A model generated the notes under the pieces. The model was not told the DNA's origin and made no database searches. It worked only from the letters and a program-made list of their open reading frames with translations. Shown here in pieces: positions 1 to 13,454 of a stretch of 64,000 bases of DNA (position 1 is the first letter of the stretch; every line of letters begins with the position of its first letter). Location of the stretch: the NCBI RefSeq assembly GCF_964355755.1, contig NC_092674.1, positions 16,616,001-16,680,000 on the forward strand, given 5' to 3'. This stretch comes from Antedon mediterranea (lineage: Eukaryota; Animalia; Echinodermata). The position numbers and the translations under genes were made by a program.

Positions 1-89
1 TAGAGAGTAGGGCTAGTACCAACAGCGAAATGTATGTGGTAGTAGGCCTAAATGTTAATTGGGTTATAGTTTTGACTATGATTGGGTTT

Positions 90-410
90 ACAAATAATAT
101 AGCTTTTACGGAAGAGAAATTGTTCAAAAGTTGGTAAAATTACTAGAAAAGGCGGGAAAAACATAAATCACATGAAAAAAATATGGTTTTAACATGCCAT
201 TTTTTCCAACAGAAAATATAAATATAAATTACACAATTTAAAATGTTATTTCTTTTTCGAACTATGCTAAAAACGCGAAATTCATAAAATCGTGTGTCGA
301 GTCACATTGCGCAATTGTAAGCGTCAAGATAATGTTAGCTGCACAACTTCACGTGAATGACGATATGTTGATAAAGTTATGAAATGTTATGTTGATGAAA
401 TGTAAGATGA
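90..410 (-). mobile_element. Fragment of HINE family 1
   Basis: Shares blocks (aagttggtaaaattactagaaaa, gaaattcataaaatcg, gatatgttga) with the copies at 14760-15200 and 16250-16700. Confidence 0.6.
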
Positions 411-1003
411 ACTTTTTTGTCAAGAAGACAGCACCAAAAGGCATGGTTTATTATTTCTGATTTTAATCTGAAATTGCCACGACCATACTGGAGTGACATC
501 TGAAAAGTGATAATATAACAAATAATCAATAATAAGATGTAACAAAATAAATTGAAAATTAATAAATTTTGCTACAAGTAGTAATTTACTGAAATTAATA
601 GATTGTAGAAAAATTACAGAACTTGTTTCTTTGCCTTCCATAATCATAGCCTACTTTCTCTTCCACTACATTACTCTTAAAATGTAAAATAACGGTACTT
701 CACATAAATTGAAGAAATATAATGATTAAAATGTCAACTGGTTAGTTAAATTTTAATTTATTCAAGAAATAGTTTTGATAGTTATCTATACAAGGTAGAC
801 CTATCTATAATCTACAGTACCTGTTTCTACCAGCTAGCCCATGTGTACAATTATTTGTTTTATTTAGTGACTTACATGCTAGACCCAGACCTAAAACAAG
901 TTAAAAGGTAGCCTCTAACTAGGCCTAGTAGACACACTTTACAAAAAACCCCTAACTTTCTGTATTCTCATTCTTGAGGACGATTAATGTATATTGAAGG
1001 AGT

Positions 1004-1273
1004 GGAGTTGTGGCTTGGTGGTTATGATGCTTGGCGTCCTGGGTTCAAGTCCTGTCATATGTCAGGATTTTTTCTCATGACAATTTGCAACTCCACTCCC
1101 AAAGACTTGTAATTAAGTCTTTGTTTATGTAGAGCATCTTGTGTATGTTTGTGTTGTGTATATGTTTGTGTTGTGAACAGGATTGCCACCTTTGAGAGAA
1201 GGACAGTGATTGAGTTCACTTGTGGTCTTCCTTGGCTATAAATGCCTAAAAAGAATAAATAAATAAAAATAAA
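1004..1273 (+). mobile_element. tRNA-derived SINE
   Basis: Pol III A box (tggcttggtgg, 1011), B box (ggttcaagtcc, 1042) and an (AAAT)n tail. Confidence 0.65.
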
Positions 1274-1487
1274 TTGATCGAAATGTCAAGGTGTACCGCA
1301 AACTTTATATCAACGACTTAAATAATACATATATAAACACATTTGTTTTTGAATAATCAAATTAAAATGTACAAATTATTTATTACCAGACTAGATTACT
1401 AAGAAATTGTCGAATCTTGCTAAATTTATTCATAAAATATTTTGTTTGTTTAGCTGACTGATATATGCTAATTATTAATAAGATAAA

Positions 1488-1971
1488 AGGGAGTTTTCGC
1501 AACCTTACGAATACGATAACGAAAACGGATACGTCACACATTTGTGAAACTTTTGAGCTGATCCCCATTTCATATTCGTAAAGCGTATTCGTGTTGACGA
1601 ATATCACTAGTCATATAAACGAGTATAGTTTTTGATGTATTTTGCACATTTTGCACTTGAATCAGGAATGATTCATGATTATAATATAATTATACTTTTA
1701 TTGAAAGTAATTTACTAAAATGCCAGGTCAATTTTGATAATAGCAGTTTTAAAGTCCTCACTCGCTTTGATGTTACGCTAGGCCTAGGCAGCCAAGCATC
1801 AAGCAACACGTACCTGCGCTTTGCTCAAATTTACCGCAGTTATATTTTGGACGGCGCCCTCAATATTTTGTTGCCATGCAAAACAGATTTTTACTGGCTT
1901 ACGAAAAACGAATACGTGTGCGTGACGTATCCGTTTTCGTTATCGTATTCGTAAGGTTGTGAAAACTCCCT
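1488..1971. mobile_element. MITE with ~50-bp TIRs, PIF/Harbinger-like
   Basis: agggagttttcgcaaccttacgaatacgataacgaaaacggatacgtcac ... gtgacgtatccgttttcgttatcgtattcgtaaggttgtgaaaactccct. Confidence 0.8.
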
Positions 1972-3032
1972 ATTGTCTTAATTATGTTACTCATAGTAAT
2001 ACCAAATAGATGATCCATGGTTAGCTTTGTAAATTATACTGGAGACAGAATTTTATTTAAGATACAAAGTATATTGTCACCTGCATGTCAGCAATAGTGA
2101 CCCTCTACTTTTTTTTAAAGAATTATAAAAGCTCTTTTCATAGTTCATCACATTTAATAGATCACATCTCGTTTATCAATTAAGACATTGCTGAAAAAAA
2201 TTATTTCAAATAATTGAATAAATGCGAGTTGTGTAGAATGCTAATAGTGTCAATTTGTTATGCATGTTGAATGGTAGAAATTGTTTCAAATTTCAACTGA
2301 AATACCTACAGCTATGCTGTTTGTACACTTTTTGTGCAGCATAGGCAGTGACAAGTTCAAATCCAGTTTTTTTGTTGGCTTTTCACATAGTCGATCATTT
2401 TATGAAGTTTCATCAAAATAAAAAATATTCAAATAGGGACCTATGGTTGATTTGACATGGAATTTGAATATAGTCAAAACATTGTATACTCTCTAACAAA
2501 CCATTTCAATCTTCTATCAAATAAGGTCGAAGTATTATAGTCATTGTCTTAGAACCATTCTATAGGTTTGCTTCAATGAATGGATGACTAGGAGCAAGAA
2601 CGCTTGTAGACCCTATAGAAAACTGCATGATCCATTCTAGCGGGCATATAGACCTGAAAAGGTTATCCAAGTTTACATTCATGGGGTTGAAAAAAATTGT
2701 TTTAAACTAATTAAAACAGTAATATAATAAATATATAAAGAACTAAAATAGTACCTGTAGTTAAAAACATTTTTATACAGAAAATAGAAAATACAAGTAT
2801 ATCATTGAAATAAACTATTTTTTATGGACTTTCTTGTTTTTAGGGCTGAGAAAGGTTGAAATGCTAGTTCTTTGTGTACCAATAGGTCACTATATAACTA
2901 CAGACTACTGCTAATTATTTTATTACAAAATTATAAAGTTATGATTTTTGTTTACAGCAGTATGATTAATATAATTACTTTTTCAAATCTATTTATACTT
3001 TGCAAGCTGCAAACAAAAACAAATATGTAGAT

Positions 3033-3098
3033 GATTAGTATCTTTTCATAACTCGATTACTATCTTTTCATAACTCGATTAGTATCTTTCCATAACTC
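3033..3098. repeat. 3 x 22-bp tandem repeat directly after the PDCD10 stop codon
   Basis: gatta(g/c)tatcttt(t/c)cataactc occurs three times. Confidence 0.9.
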
Positions 3099-3292
3099 TA
3101 TGAACTTGCTTGTTGATCAGGAACTTTTCGACTCACAGTTTTCAACATTTTTAGGATTGTGTTAGTCTCATTAACAAGAACATTTGCACTGTCATAGACG
3201 TTATCAATTTTACTATCACGAAAATAACCTTTTAAGGTGTAGCTGAACTTTTTGGAGGACTTGATAAATTCCTTTTTATGAAGCTCCAGTTC
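3098..3292 (-). CDS. PDCD10: PDCD10 last coding exon
   Basis: ELELHKKEFIKSSKKFSYTLKGYFRDSKIDNVYDSANVLVNETNTILKMLKTVSRKVPDQQASS* matches [27 protein letters not shown]...SANRLIHQTNLILQTFKTV. The five exons join in frame to 663 nt (220 aa plus stop). Confidence 0.93.
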   Translation of the reverse strand, partial: ELELHKKEFIKSSKKFSYTLKGYFRDSKIDNVYDSANVLVNETNTILKMLKTVSRKVPDQQASS

Positions 3293-3870
3293 CTAAAAAA
3301 ATGTAACAATTAGTAATTATTAGGTTTAAAACTGGAATCAAGCAGCTGGCTCCCACAAAGGTGAACCATGATGATGTCACTGAAAATTGCCAAATAAAGT
3401 ATTGGATGTGTTATCTATTAAAGTGTAGAAACATTTTTATAATTTCTATAAACTAGCAAAAAATACTAGCTGAACGGCTGTGATGAAACTTATAAAAAAA
3501 TCCCTAGGGCTTTGCAGCAGAACAGTGATTGGGCTTCTAAGGTAATGATTGATATGGCCGGAAAAGGTTTTAAAAATGTTTAAATGCTGAAATATCTTAA
3601 ATCAAGGCAATCTAACAGGATGCTGAGCTCCGGAGATCAAAGGGTTTGTCTATGGCTGCGACACGATCATTTCCTGGCTCGTTAACAGACACTGTGTGCT
3701 GCGGAGAATATGTACATAGTACAGTACTGTTGGCATTTGCCGTAGCCGGACATAAGAGCAAAGGACCGTTACAAGTTCCTATCTTGACAAGGCGAGTTTA
3801 TAGTGCCCTGTTGTTAGAATGCCTTGCTTTAATTCATTTGGTTGTTGTAACCCAAAACTACCATAGTATA

Positions 3871-5426
3871 CAGTAGAACCTTTGTTTTACGTTCCCTGAT
3901 TTTACGTACGCATAAAATGACCGATGACATCATCATTTTTTAGTATTTTATTACAGTGTTATTTTCTATTTAACAACAAAAAATTCATAACTTGTGAGAC
4001 AAGCTGTGTGGCATTTCCCCTACAGCAGCGACTGCTTTTATTTATTGATAGAAAATACAAAAACATTGATTTTTTTACTTTATTTAAACATCGCACAGCC
4101 TGCATATACTTTTCTAGTTAGGCCTCACAAATAGCTAGGCCTAGCCTGGGCCACTGCTGTAGATTAGTCTAGCCTAGCTAGTGACCACTGGGTGTCACGA
4201 AACCCAAGACCACGAAAGCTAAGACCCCCTAAGACTAGCTAGTGACCACTGGGTGTCACGAAACCTAAGACCACGAAAGCTAAGACCCCCTAAGACCTAA
4301 GATCACGAAAATTAAGACCCAAGACCTAAGATTACAAATATTTATCTTTCGCACCTGCCTTGTACTTTAACTCCCAACATTTATTCTGAATACCACACAT
4401 TTGAATTAGCACTTTTATGAAAAAGAATCACATAAAAAGTAACAATACATTTTTAAATTGATAAAAAAATTAAATTTTACAGACGTTTTTCTCGCACACA
4501 TACTGTTTGCAAATTTCGCATGACCTATAGGCCTACCCCATGTTCAATATTTTTGTTTTTATGGAACGTCAAAAGAGCAAAAATTATATAGAGGGCTGAA
4601 AACTCTGTGGAGTCCATCTATTTTAACGCATTTTTTAGTGAAAATCAGTATGAAGGAATAAATACTCGAAAATAAATTTTAATTTAAAAATCATGATAAT
4701 AAGTTTTTTGTTTCCTTTCCTTTCTGTTTTTATACTTGTACTATTATTGTTGCTCTTTTGGCGCTCCATAGAAACAAAAATATTGAGCATGGGAGAAGTT
4801 ACAGTATACCATGGAGTAAGAGTATACAAAGAAACACGTCTGTAAAATCATCAATTTCAAGGATTTATTATTTGTTTTTATGTGTTTCTCCTTCTTAATG
4901 TACTTATATAAGTCCTAATTTTAAAGTGTGGTATTCAGGATAAAATTAGTTGACAAATTTGGAGTCAAAATACAAGGCAGGTGCGAAAGAAAAACATCCT
5001 CCGAACCAACACAACGGAGTAAATATATACCAACAAACAACCCGTCAAGTTTGTTTGTTGTAAAGAAAAAATATACATTTACTCAACGGGCGAAAATAAT
5101 ATGAGTTTATCTATGTTTTGCGGTAGTATTTAATTATATTTATGGTAATAAATGAAACCTACTATGTTTAAAGTTATGTATGGATAAACAAGTATTGTTT
5201 TGAAGCTGTAGTATATCTTAGAATTTGTAATCTTAGGTCTTGGGTCTTAGCTTTCGTGATCTTGGGTCTTAGCTTTCGTGGTCTTAGGTTTCGTGACACC
5301 CAGTGACCACTGCATGTTGTAAGTAAAGTAGGCAAACATGGCAGCCTTCGATCTACGTATTTGGGGGTCGATTGAAGATCAACCTGGATTTTATGGGTCC
5401 CGTGCCGTACGTAATATGAAGGTTCA
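3871..5426. mobile_element. Tc1/mariner-pogo-type MITE interrupted by a nested element
   Basis: ta|cagtagaacc left end. An uninterrupted sister copy at 61986-62473 ends ggttctactg|ta. Confidence 0.75.
4190..5301. mobile_element. MULE-like non-autonomous element with 10-bp TSD
   Basis: TIR gggtgtcacgaaacc...ggtttcgtgacaccc with subterminal (ct)aagac repeats. TSD agtgaccact on both sides. The empty site is visible in the sister MITE near 62318. Confidence 0.8.
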
Positions 5427-5454
5427 TCGCTCCATCCAAACAAAGCAGCATTAA

Positions 5455-5771
5455 AGACACCTTCCCTACAATTTGTGACGTTTTGTAAAAATAATACATA
5501 TATATTACTTTAAAAACATTAAACCGGGTCATTCTTTGTCTTAAATGTACGTTTTATGGTAAATTATGATAAAAAAAAAAAAATAATCAAAAAATATCAA
5601 TCTGCGTGCAATAGCGGGCTGCTAATACTATAATTATTAAAATCAACTTATTTTTCACATTTTTAACCATTTAAAGAACAAAAAATCGCAATAGGACCAT
5701 ATAGTATTATTTTTAAATTAAATATAGTTTGTGATCTTAAATTAGATCTAAAAAATGTAGGGAAGGTGTCT
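5455..5771. mobile_element. MITE with TTAA TSD (Kolobok-like ends)
   Basis: ttaa|agacaccttccctaca ... tgtagggaaggtgtct|ttaa. Confidence 0.8.
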
Positions 5772-6127
5772 TTAATTTTCATCATATTTCAAATTAAATT
5801 CATTTCATAACAGCTTTACTGCCCGTAATATTGAAAGGACCCTCATTCAAGTGTTTTTTTTTATTAGTTTGTGAAACCACTTTATAGTGTGATTGTACCT
5901 CGGAAGCCCCATTAGCGTAATAATATTATTTTAGATTAGCTTTTTGGGTGCCGATTGGGTTCTTTTTTTCTTCAAAACATGTTCTTATTTTCAGGGGACA
6001 TACAGAACGTCTTGAATGAAGTATAAAATATAATAACAATCAATCAAATTTTACATGTAATAAATAAATTAAAACAAAATAAATCAATGTCTACAGTATA
6101 TGAATAATATCAAAAGGGACTACTTAC

Positions 6128-6218
6128 TCGTATATGTTCATTGAGACGAAAAGCTTCATATTGTTTAAATATGACATTTACTGCTTGCAGGAGCTCTTTA
6201 ATACCACTGGCAATATCT
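6128..6218 (-). CDS. PDCD10: PDCD10 coding exon 4
   Basis: DIASGIKELLQAVNVIFKQYEAFRLNEHIR matches [20 protein letters not shown]. ctgcag/gtaagt sites, 91 bp, phase 2 to 0. Confidence 0.93.
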
Positions 6219-6399
6219 CTGCAGTATAAAAATAATTTCTGAGTCAATTTCACTGTTTTTTACTCAAAAATTAAGGTTAAAATCCACATGATTAATATTT
6301 CCACATAATTGTTATGATGCAAGAGATTGTATGTTAAGGCAAACAATTATTATGATATTTAGATACACAAAAAAAGCAGTCCAATTTTTAAAATACTAA

Positions 6400-7010
6400 T
6401 ATGCTGTACTGGTCTTTTTCTGATTTTTCACGCTGCGTCACTAGAGATGACTCATTTAGAAGCTGAAAGCTTCTAGAGACTGACGTTTTTGCTAAAATGG
6501 AAACTTGACTATAATTTATAGGTCCCAGCTGCTGGACCCAAAAAAGAGAGTCTATTAGGACACGTCATGCTAAAATTACAAATCCCAAAGCATTTCTGGT
6601 ATCCATCCCATTTGACCGATAAATAAAATACAGTAATTCGCTTTCAGATAATCATTGAATTATTAACAAAACAGTCCATTAAAGTTTTTGTTTGTACAGT
6701 AATAGGATACTTCACACTTGAAGTATCTAGGCATGATGAAGTGACCCCCAGACTTGACCTTAGCAATAAAATAAACTAAAGTGACAAAAAATCTGTGTTT
6801 CATATCAAAGTTAATCACTTCTGTAACAAAAAAATAATATTTATTCATGTATAAAAAGTGAAAAGAAACGTTTAATTATAACCCAAAAACCTTTAAGTAT
6901 TTTTTGCTTTAAATTACATTTTTTCAGGTGAAATAACTATTATGTGACAATAAAATGACACATTCAACAACAAATTTGAAATAAAAAATATATCTTTAAA
7001 ACTGTTACAT
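6400..7010 (+). repeat. Dispersed repeat, direct copy of 36780-37770
   Basis: Shares long blocks such as gaagtgacccccagacttgaccttagcaataaaataaactaaagtgaca and aaagaaacgtttaattataacccaaaaacc. A further piece lies at 22060-22162. Confidence 0.75.
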
Positions 7011-7097
7011 CAATAAGCGAGCAGCAGTTTTTGTAAGAAATATTTCTTGTTTATGTTGCTATGTAGTCAACTTGGTTCGAATGACGACATTATTTTA

Positions 7098-7897
7098 AGC
7101 CCCTTTCACACAGAGCTGTAAGACGGTAATATTGCAGTAATTTGCAACACTGGCTTATGTGTGAAAGGGTAAAACCCCCTTAATACCGGCTTCCGTTAGA
7201 CCGCCTCTGGACCTAGTAAAATTGCGGTAATATTACCGTCATGGTTGTAAGCCTGATCTGTGTGTAAGAGTCTACGATATAACGCCTGCTTACGCAGTGA
7301 AGCAAGGATAAATTTGGGACATTTTCCTTGATTGAGAAAGACTGTGGCAATTATTTTAGGCCAAATTATTAGATATATCCATATATATATTTTTTTTTAG
7401 GTTAGTTTGTGAATAAGGCCAATAATAATAAAAATATAACAGATGTTGGTTCAAAGATTATTTAACTTGCTGTAACGTACGAAAGCCTAGGCCCTAGTGC
7501 TAGCTCATAACAGCTTCTGATAATTAAATTCGCGTCTCTTTGTAGGCCTAATTAATATATTTTGTTTCTGTAGAATGACCATCACGATCGGGCAGTTATT
7601 AGCATGGAGTGGTGTTGGGCAAAAATATAGATTTTATGCATCGCAAATAAAAACCAATAAAACTAAACGACGGACACACTAAACAACATCAGCAAACATG
7701 TGCGCACATGGCATGTTTTGTCGGCGGCGGTGCCCGCCATTTTTTTGAAAAATGTGACCTCTATTTTATGAAGACAGTAATTTTTATATATTGCGCCTTT
7801 TCACTGTAGCATTTCACACAGAAAACGGTAAAATTACCGTAAAATTATCTTCTGCGTGAATGGATCTTGACCGGCAATAATGCGTGTGAAAAGGCCT
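7098..7897. mobile_element. PIF/Harbinger-like MITE
   Basis: tta|agcccctttcacac ... gtgtgaaaaggcct|tta (3-bp TTA TSD). Confidence 0.75.
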
Positions 7898-7994
7898 TTA
7901 GCTTACTTGCAGCATGATTCCACTCAACAAAAAGTGTCACATGGGCAATTTATTAGCTGTGAGCTAGTTTTACCAATACATTCAATTTTTGTAG

Positions 7995-9446
7995 ATAATT
8001 TGAAAAGAAATAGGTTTTTTAAACTACTCGCATCAAAAAACGTGCACATTAAATCAAATTATGTTTTAAAATTACAAATCACAAATTATAACTCTTGCCT
8101 CTTGTACAAAAATGAAGTTTTTTGGACAAGTAGTTCTCGAGAAAATGCAATTTCAGTTTACTTGGTACTTTAAGACTGCTCGCCGGCTTTTGAAAAATTC
8201 TGTCCTATCTTTTAACACTAGCAGGTCTGAAAAGTATACTCAAAAAGTGGTCCAGAATTAGGACCATGGTCCCAAAATTTTATGGAATGGTCCTTGACCA
8301 CATATCTATCTGTATATTCATTTTGAGCAATCCTGCTAACAAACAAACTAGCCTTCGCGCATAGCGCGATACTTGGCCAAATCAAAATTGGCCTAATGAC
8401 CTTGACCCGATTTTTACCAAAAGTGTGTGTCTTATGCTGTGTGATTTAGGCTAAATCCACTACAATCATGTGTATACGAGTTTGGTGTAAAGGTTATGTA
8501 ACAAGCCTTTCAATTAACAATAGCTTCAGTCGACTAACAATAAAACAGCAACGCGAAAAACACACGGGTGAATTTGAAAAGAAATAGGTTTTTTAAACTA
8601 TTCGCATCAAAAAACCTGTATATTAAATCAACTTATGTTTTAAAATTACAAATCGCAAATTATAACTCTTGCCTCTTGTACAAAAATGAAGTTTTTTGGA
8701 GAAGTAGTTCTCGAGAAAATGCAATTTTAGTTTACTTGTTAATTTAAGACTGCTCACCGGCTTTTGATAATTCTGTCCTATCTTTTAACACTAGCAGGTC
8801 TGAAAATAATTTTTAAAAGTGGTCCCGAATTGGGACCGTGGTCCGGATTTTAACCAAAATTGGGCAGTGTCGTCCTTGCACCAGGTGACATGTATGGTGT
8901 AATTTGGAGTCATTCGAATCTAAACTGTGAGCGCTAGAGTGATGACAAACAAACAAACAAACAAACAAACTAGCCTTCGCGCATAGCGCAATACTTGGCC
9001 AAATCAAAATTGGCCTCCTGACCATGACACGATTTTCGCCAAAAGTGTGTGTCTTATGCTGTGTGATTTAGGTTAATTTCACTACAATCATGTGTATACG
9101 AGTTTGGTGTACAGGTTATGTAACCAGCCTTTCAACAAACAATAGCTTCAGTCGGCTAACAATAGAACAGCAACGCGAAAAACACACGGGTGAATTTGAA
9201 AAGAAATAGGTTTTGTAAACTACTCGCATCAAAAAACCTCTATATTAAATCTAATTCAGTTTTAAAATTACAAATCACAAATTATAACTCTTGCCTCTTG
9301 TACAAAAATGAAGTTTTTTGGACAAGTATTTCCCGAGAAAATGCAATTTAAGTTTCGGGCAGTGTCGTCCTTGCACTAGGTGACATGTATGGTAGTAATT
9401 TGGAGTCATTCGAATCAAAATTGTGAGCGCTAGAGTGATGACAAAC

Positions 9447-9483
<37 letters not shown>

Positions 9484-9625
9484 CGCACCAATCAACATAC
9501 TTGGCCAATTTTCAATTTGGCCAAGTAACAAACAAACAAACACACAAACCAAACAGATCAACATACTTGGCCAATTTTCAATTTGGCCAAGTAACAAACA
9601 CGCGCTACCGATTACATATACCTCC
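7995..9625 (-). mobile_element. HINE family 2: three nested ~0.6-kb copies
   Basis: Heads actagccttcgcgcatagcgc(g/a)atacttggcc at 8347 and 8969. Hairpin ends tacttggccaa-ttttcaat-ttggccaagta at 9498 and 9564. (AAAC)n/(AC)n microsatellites. Body repeated near 8000, 8573 and 9193. Confidence 0.75.
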
Positions 9626-9971
9626 TTGGTAACGATGGTTCTGTACTAAAACAAGAATTGCGGACAGATTTTGGCGTTGAAACAGCTGCCAAAACAGGTC
9701 CGGCCTTTAAAATCGCTTTTATTTATTCTTAATGTCGTAAGAAGCCTGGAAAAAATCTAAATGGTTGAAGTAAACTATGCTTATGTAAGTGAATATATAC
9801 TAAATATTATCGTACAAACGAAAAGAAATTATAAAAACGGACAGATTAAAAATGTGCAAGAAACATTAATAAATTGGAGTTCGGTTTGGAATCGTCTATT
9901 ATTCTAGCTAATTCGTAGGGAAAATTAAGACGGAATTCATTTCTCACAAAGGCAAAAAAAAAATAATGATA

Positions 9972-12900
9972 ACTAGATTTGAACTTTGACGAGTTCGGGT
10001 TATCCGCGCAAACGCAACATGCCCATACTTTTAAAATATATGAACGCCGACAATTACTATGCAATCCTATGACATGAATTAAATATGTACCTATTTTGTG
10101 TCATAAAGCATATTACAATATTTACGGAATACTCTGTATATGTTATAACAGTGTAGCATAAACCAAATTACAAGACCCATCTTTTAAATCCAATAACTGT
10201 ATTAACACTATGATGTCATCAAATTGACATATAAAGATAACTATTTTAGAAGATAATTATCTAAATAATTACATTAATTAGGTATCCCAATGAAAAAATT
10301 CAGATTAATTTTTTTACTTTTTCTTTCAGTTAACCATAAAGAACTTAGTGTAATTAGCATTTTGCAATTTAAATGATTGAAATCCGATTACCCGTTCTAA
10401 AGTTATGGTTATTTAAAGTGGTAAAAAATATACGATTTTTTGCCTAAAAATGGTGTTTTTTGCAGTTAAAATTGGAAGCATTTTTAAAAGGTTATAACTT
10501 TTACAATAATTAGTTACAAGTTTTGAATTTTGTTAAACCTATAGATATCACAGAGTTGTACAACTCTATTTTTTTTGGAGCCTCAACGAAACCTATTTTT
10601 AAAATTATTGGTCCGCAAAGTGGTAGGAAAGCATTTAGCGCCCATTTTTGCTGGAATTCCCCAAAAAAATGAAAAAAATGCAATTTTTCAATGATCTGTA
10701 ACTTTTGAACTACTGTACTAATTCATTTAATTTTTTTTGTACTTGTTAGAATGTAGTTTATATTTCATTAATAAATATATTTTAGATGTGTATATGAAAA
10801 AAAAATAATTTTTTAATGGTGAAATTTAAAATGATCCAAAAAAAATAAATGAAAAAGTATGTTAAAAACTGTGTGTACTGTTTCCTTTCTTTTACACAAA
10901 TTTTTGGTAAGTATGATTATTAGATTGTTTTAATATACTTTATATTTATAATTTCAATCATAAATACTATTATATATAACTTTTGAATACGTAAAACAAG
11001 ATTTTAGGCCCGTATGATTATGACACCAAATCTAAGCCGGGCTAAGATGCTCTTTTAAGGCAAACACACAATGGGTCAAAATAAACTCATTTAAAATAAT
11101 CAATGTTAATTAAAACAATTAATTGTTTACCTGAATAGTATATATAACATTATAAAAAATGTTTTCTTTTTGTATTTCTACCCGTAAGTACGTTACTAAA
11201 TTGTAATACGGAGCAAAAGTTTAGGCCAAGTCACGGCTTACTCGCGATCAGCAGTCGCGCCCGTTAAAGTATTTCGGTCGCAGTTAATGACTTTCGACCG
11301 CTGTATACAGAGTCAAATGTAACGTTGGTAAATTAGCTTAATAAATTTCTTCGGTACATTTTAACCTAACGCATTTGCATTGTATACTTGCATAATAAAT
11401 CTTCCGCACATTACATCAATTTTAAGTTGTTAAATTAATGTGTAAAACCAGATATTCTACGACGGAATAGGACATGTCAATCTCCAACATCGCTGCTGTC
11501 ACACATCTCGCGTCGAGCTGGCCGAAGTCGAGCGAGGAAAACTAAACAACGTGTTCAAAATATGGAACGTACCATTCGCTGATAGGGTGCATTGATGTAT
11601 TAAACGGAAAACGTCACAACAAACTAGCGCGTACTTTACAGTACAATATTTTACTCACTACAATATTCACCGGATTATAATGGTTCAATCTTCGAAATTC
11701 TGAACGGGATTTACGCCTCATGTACCATTTTAAAATGTAGTTCGCACAATTACCATGCACAATACGTTTGTAATCTATGTTTTATCATTTTCAATGTAGA
11801 TTTAGCTATAATTTAATACCAAAATCCATAAAAGTTTTCCATAAACGGTGATTCAAAATTGTTTTTTTGTCACCAAAATTGATCTTTCGTTACGAAAAAC
11901 CTATTTATAGAAGACGATTTTCACATCATATTAAAGCTCATGTAAAGCCTGATAACATATGTACAACAAAAATTAATCCGCTAGCTTCAATGGTAATCGT
12001 GCGATCGTGTTTTGAAAACTGATGGAGATTTTCCGATGAGGTTTTCAACGCGCGGAAATCGGCTCGACGGGATTTTAGAACCATTTTAAAATCGCATTTT
12101 CTCGGCAACTACTTCATTAATTTTAATTGTAAACACACTTATACATAGATTAAAACAAGTACTTTCAAACAATATAAATTTTTTAAGTATTAATTAAGAG
12201 TGAACACGATTTATTTACCATCAAAGTCATACTACTTATTCAAATTTTTTTAATATTTCAAAAGTGATACCCCTCTGTACGCTTTCATTGGGATACCTAC
12301 ATTAATACAAATTTGAAGAATTTTACACTCCTTTTATAAAGCAAGAGATGAAAATATGACTTTTTTAATTCAACTGGCCATATGATAGATAAGATAGACA
12401 AAATTTGTATATGAATTCATATCTACAATTCAACAACTTCCATAATAAGTTTTAATCACGTGGTCACTTTTCATTCCGATGAGCTATAACTGATTAAAAT
12501 ATACTGTAAATATGAAATTAAGTAACTCACATTATTCTAATATTTTTATATGATATAAAAATTAAAATTTTTGTAACTCTTGAAAGAGAATTGATTGAGA
12601 AAGGTATTAAAATCTAGGAGAAAATGGGGAACGCATTAGCGCGATGCGCTCTATTAAATTGGATTAACTAGTACAAAAAGAGAAAAAAAAATCTCTAAAT
12701 CCATATGGTGACGTCAAAACATCATGTAGCTACAAATTGTACATGAATTGATATCTACAATAGCTTCCATAATACATTTTAGAATGTATATAAAAATCCT
12801 GAGGAGCTATAACTTTTTTTCCACAAATTTGCATTAAATTACCTATTCTTTAGCACACGATTATTAAAGTTAACATACACACATGTCGTTATTTTGCAAT

Positions 12901-13454
12901 TAAAGTTCATCAAAATGAATGAAATTGCTACAGAAGGTATGAAAAGCAAAAATCAATTTCAAAAACCATTTTCCTACTCTTTGTACAAGCTGTGCATGCG
13001 CAAAACGCAAATAAATTTGAAAATTTTGAAATTCTTAAAATTGCCTGAAATGTATGCGAAATTGATTTAAAAAAATAATGTTGCGCATTTAAAATTTTCA
13101 AATACGCGTACTCGCATAATTTTTTGCGTAGCATGTCATTTTTATCATGTCAAAAGTTGCTCTATATTATGAAATACACATTTGTAAAGTTTCATTGAAA
13201 AATAATTGTTTTTTCAGAATTTATGAGCAACCATAACATTTCATAAAATCGCATGTAACTTGTGCTGCACAACTCGAACGTCATATATAACGAAGTTTCT
13301 TGCACATCTACAGCTACAGGTCACTCTTATGACAAAGTTATACAATGTTATGTTAACAAGAATTAGAGATACGCTGCGGACAAAATTTGTGGAAAGAAGA
13401 AAAGATAGAAGAAAAAAAAGATCCTGACAATAACAAGGGGTTATCCGCCAAGTG
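9972..13454 (-). mobile_element. HINE family 1 copy interrupted by a 2-kb MITE
   Basis: Head actagatttgaact..gacgagttcgggttatccgc; truncated tail aacaaggggttatccgccaagtg. Confidence 0.75.
10279..12299. mobile_element. 2.0-kb non-autonomous TIR element, copy 1 (7-bp TSD)
   Basis: cattaat|taggtatcccaatgaaa ... tttcattgggataccta|cattaat. The empty site is visible in the sister HINE near 14063. Confidence 0.9.

Noticed and set aside
1004-1070. tRNA gene
   Set aside because: A and B boxes are present, but I see no cloverleaf, and it continues into a SINE body and A-rich tail.
9275-9632. ORFs with CV/TH repeats
   Set aside because: They are translations of (AC)n and HINE hairpin tails.
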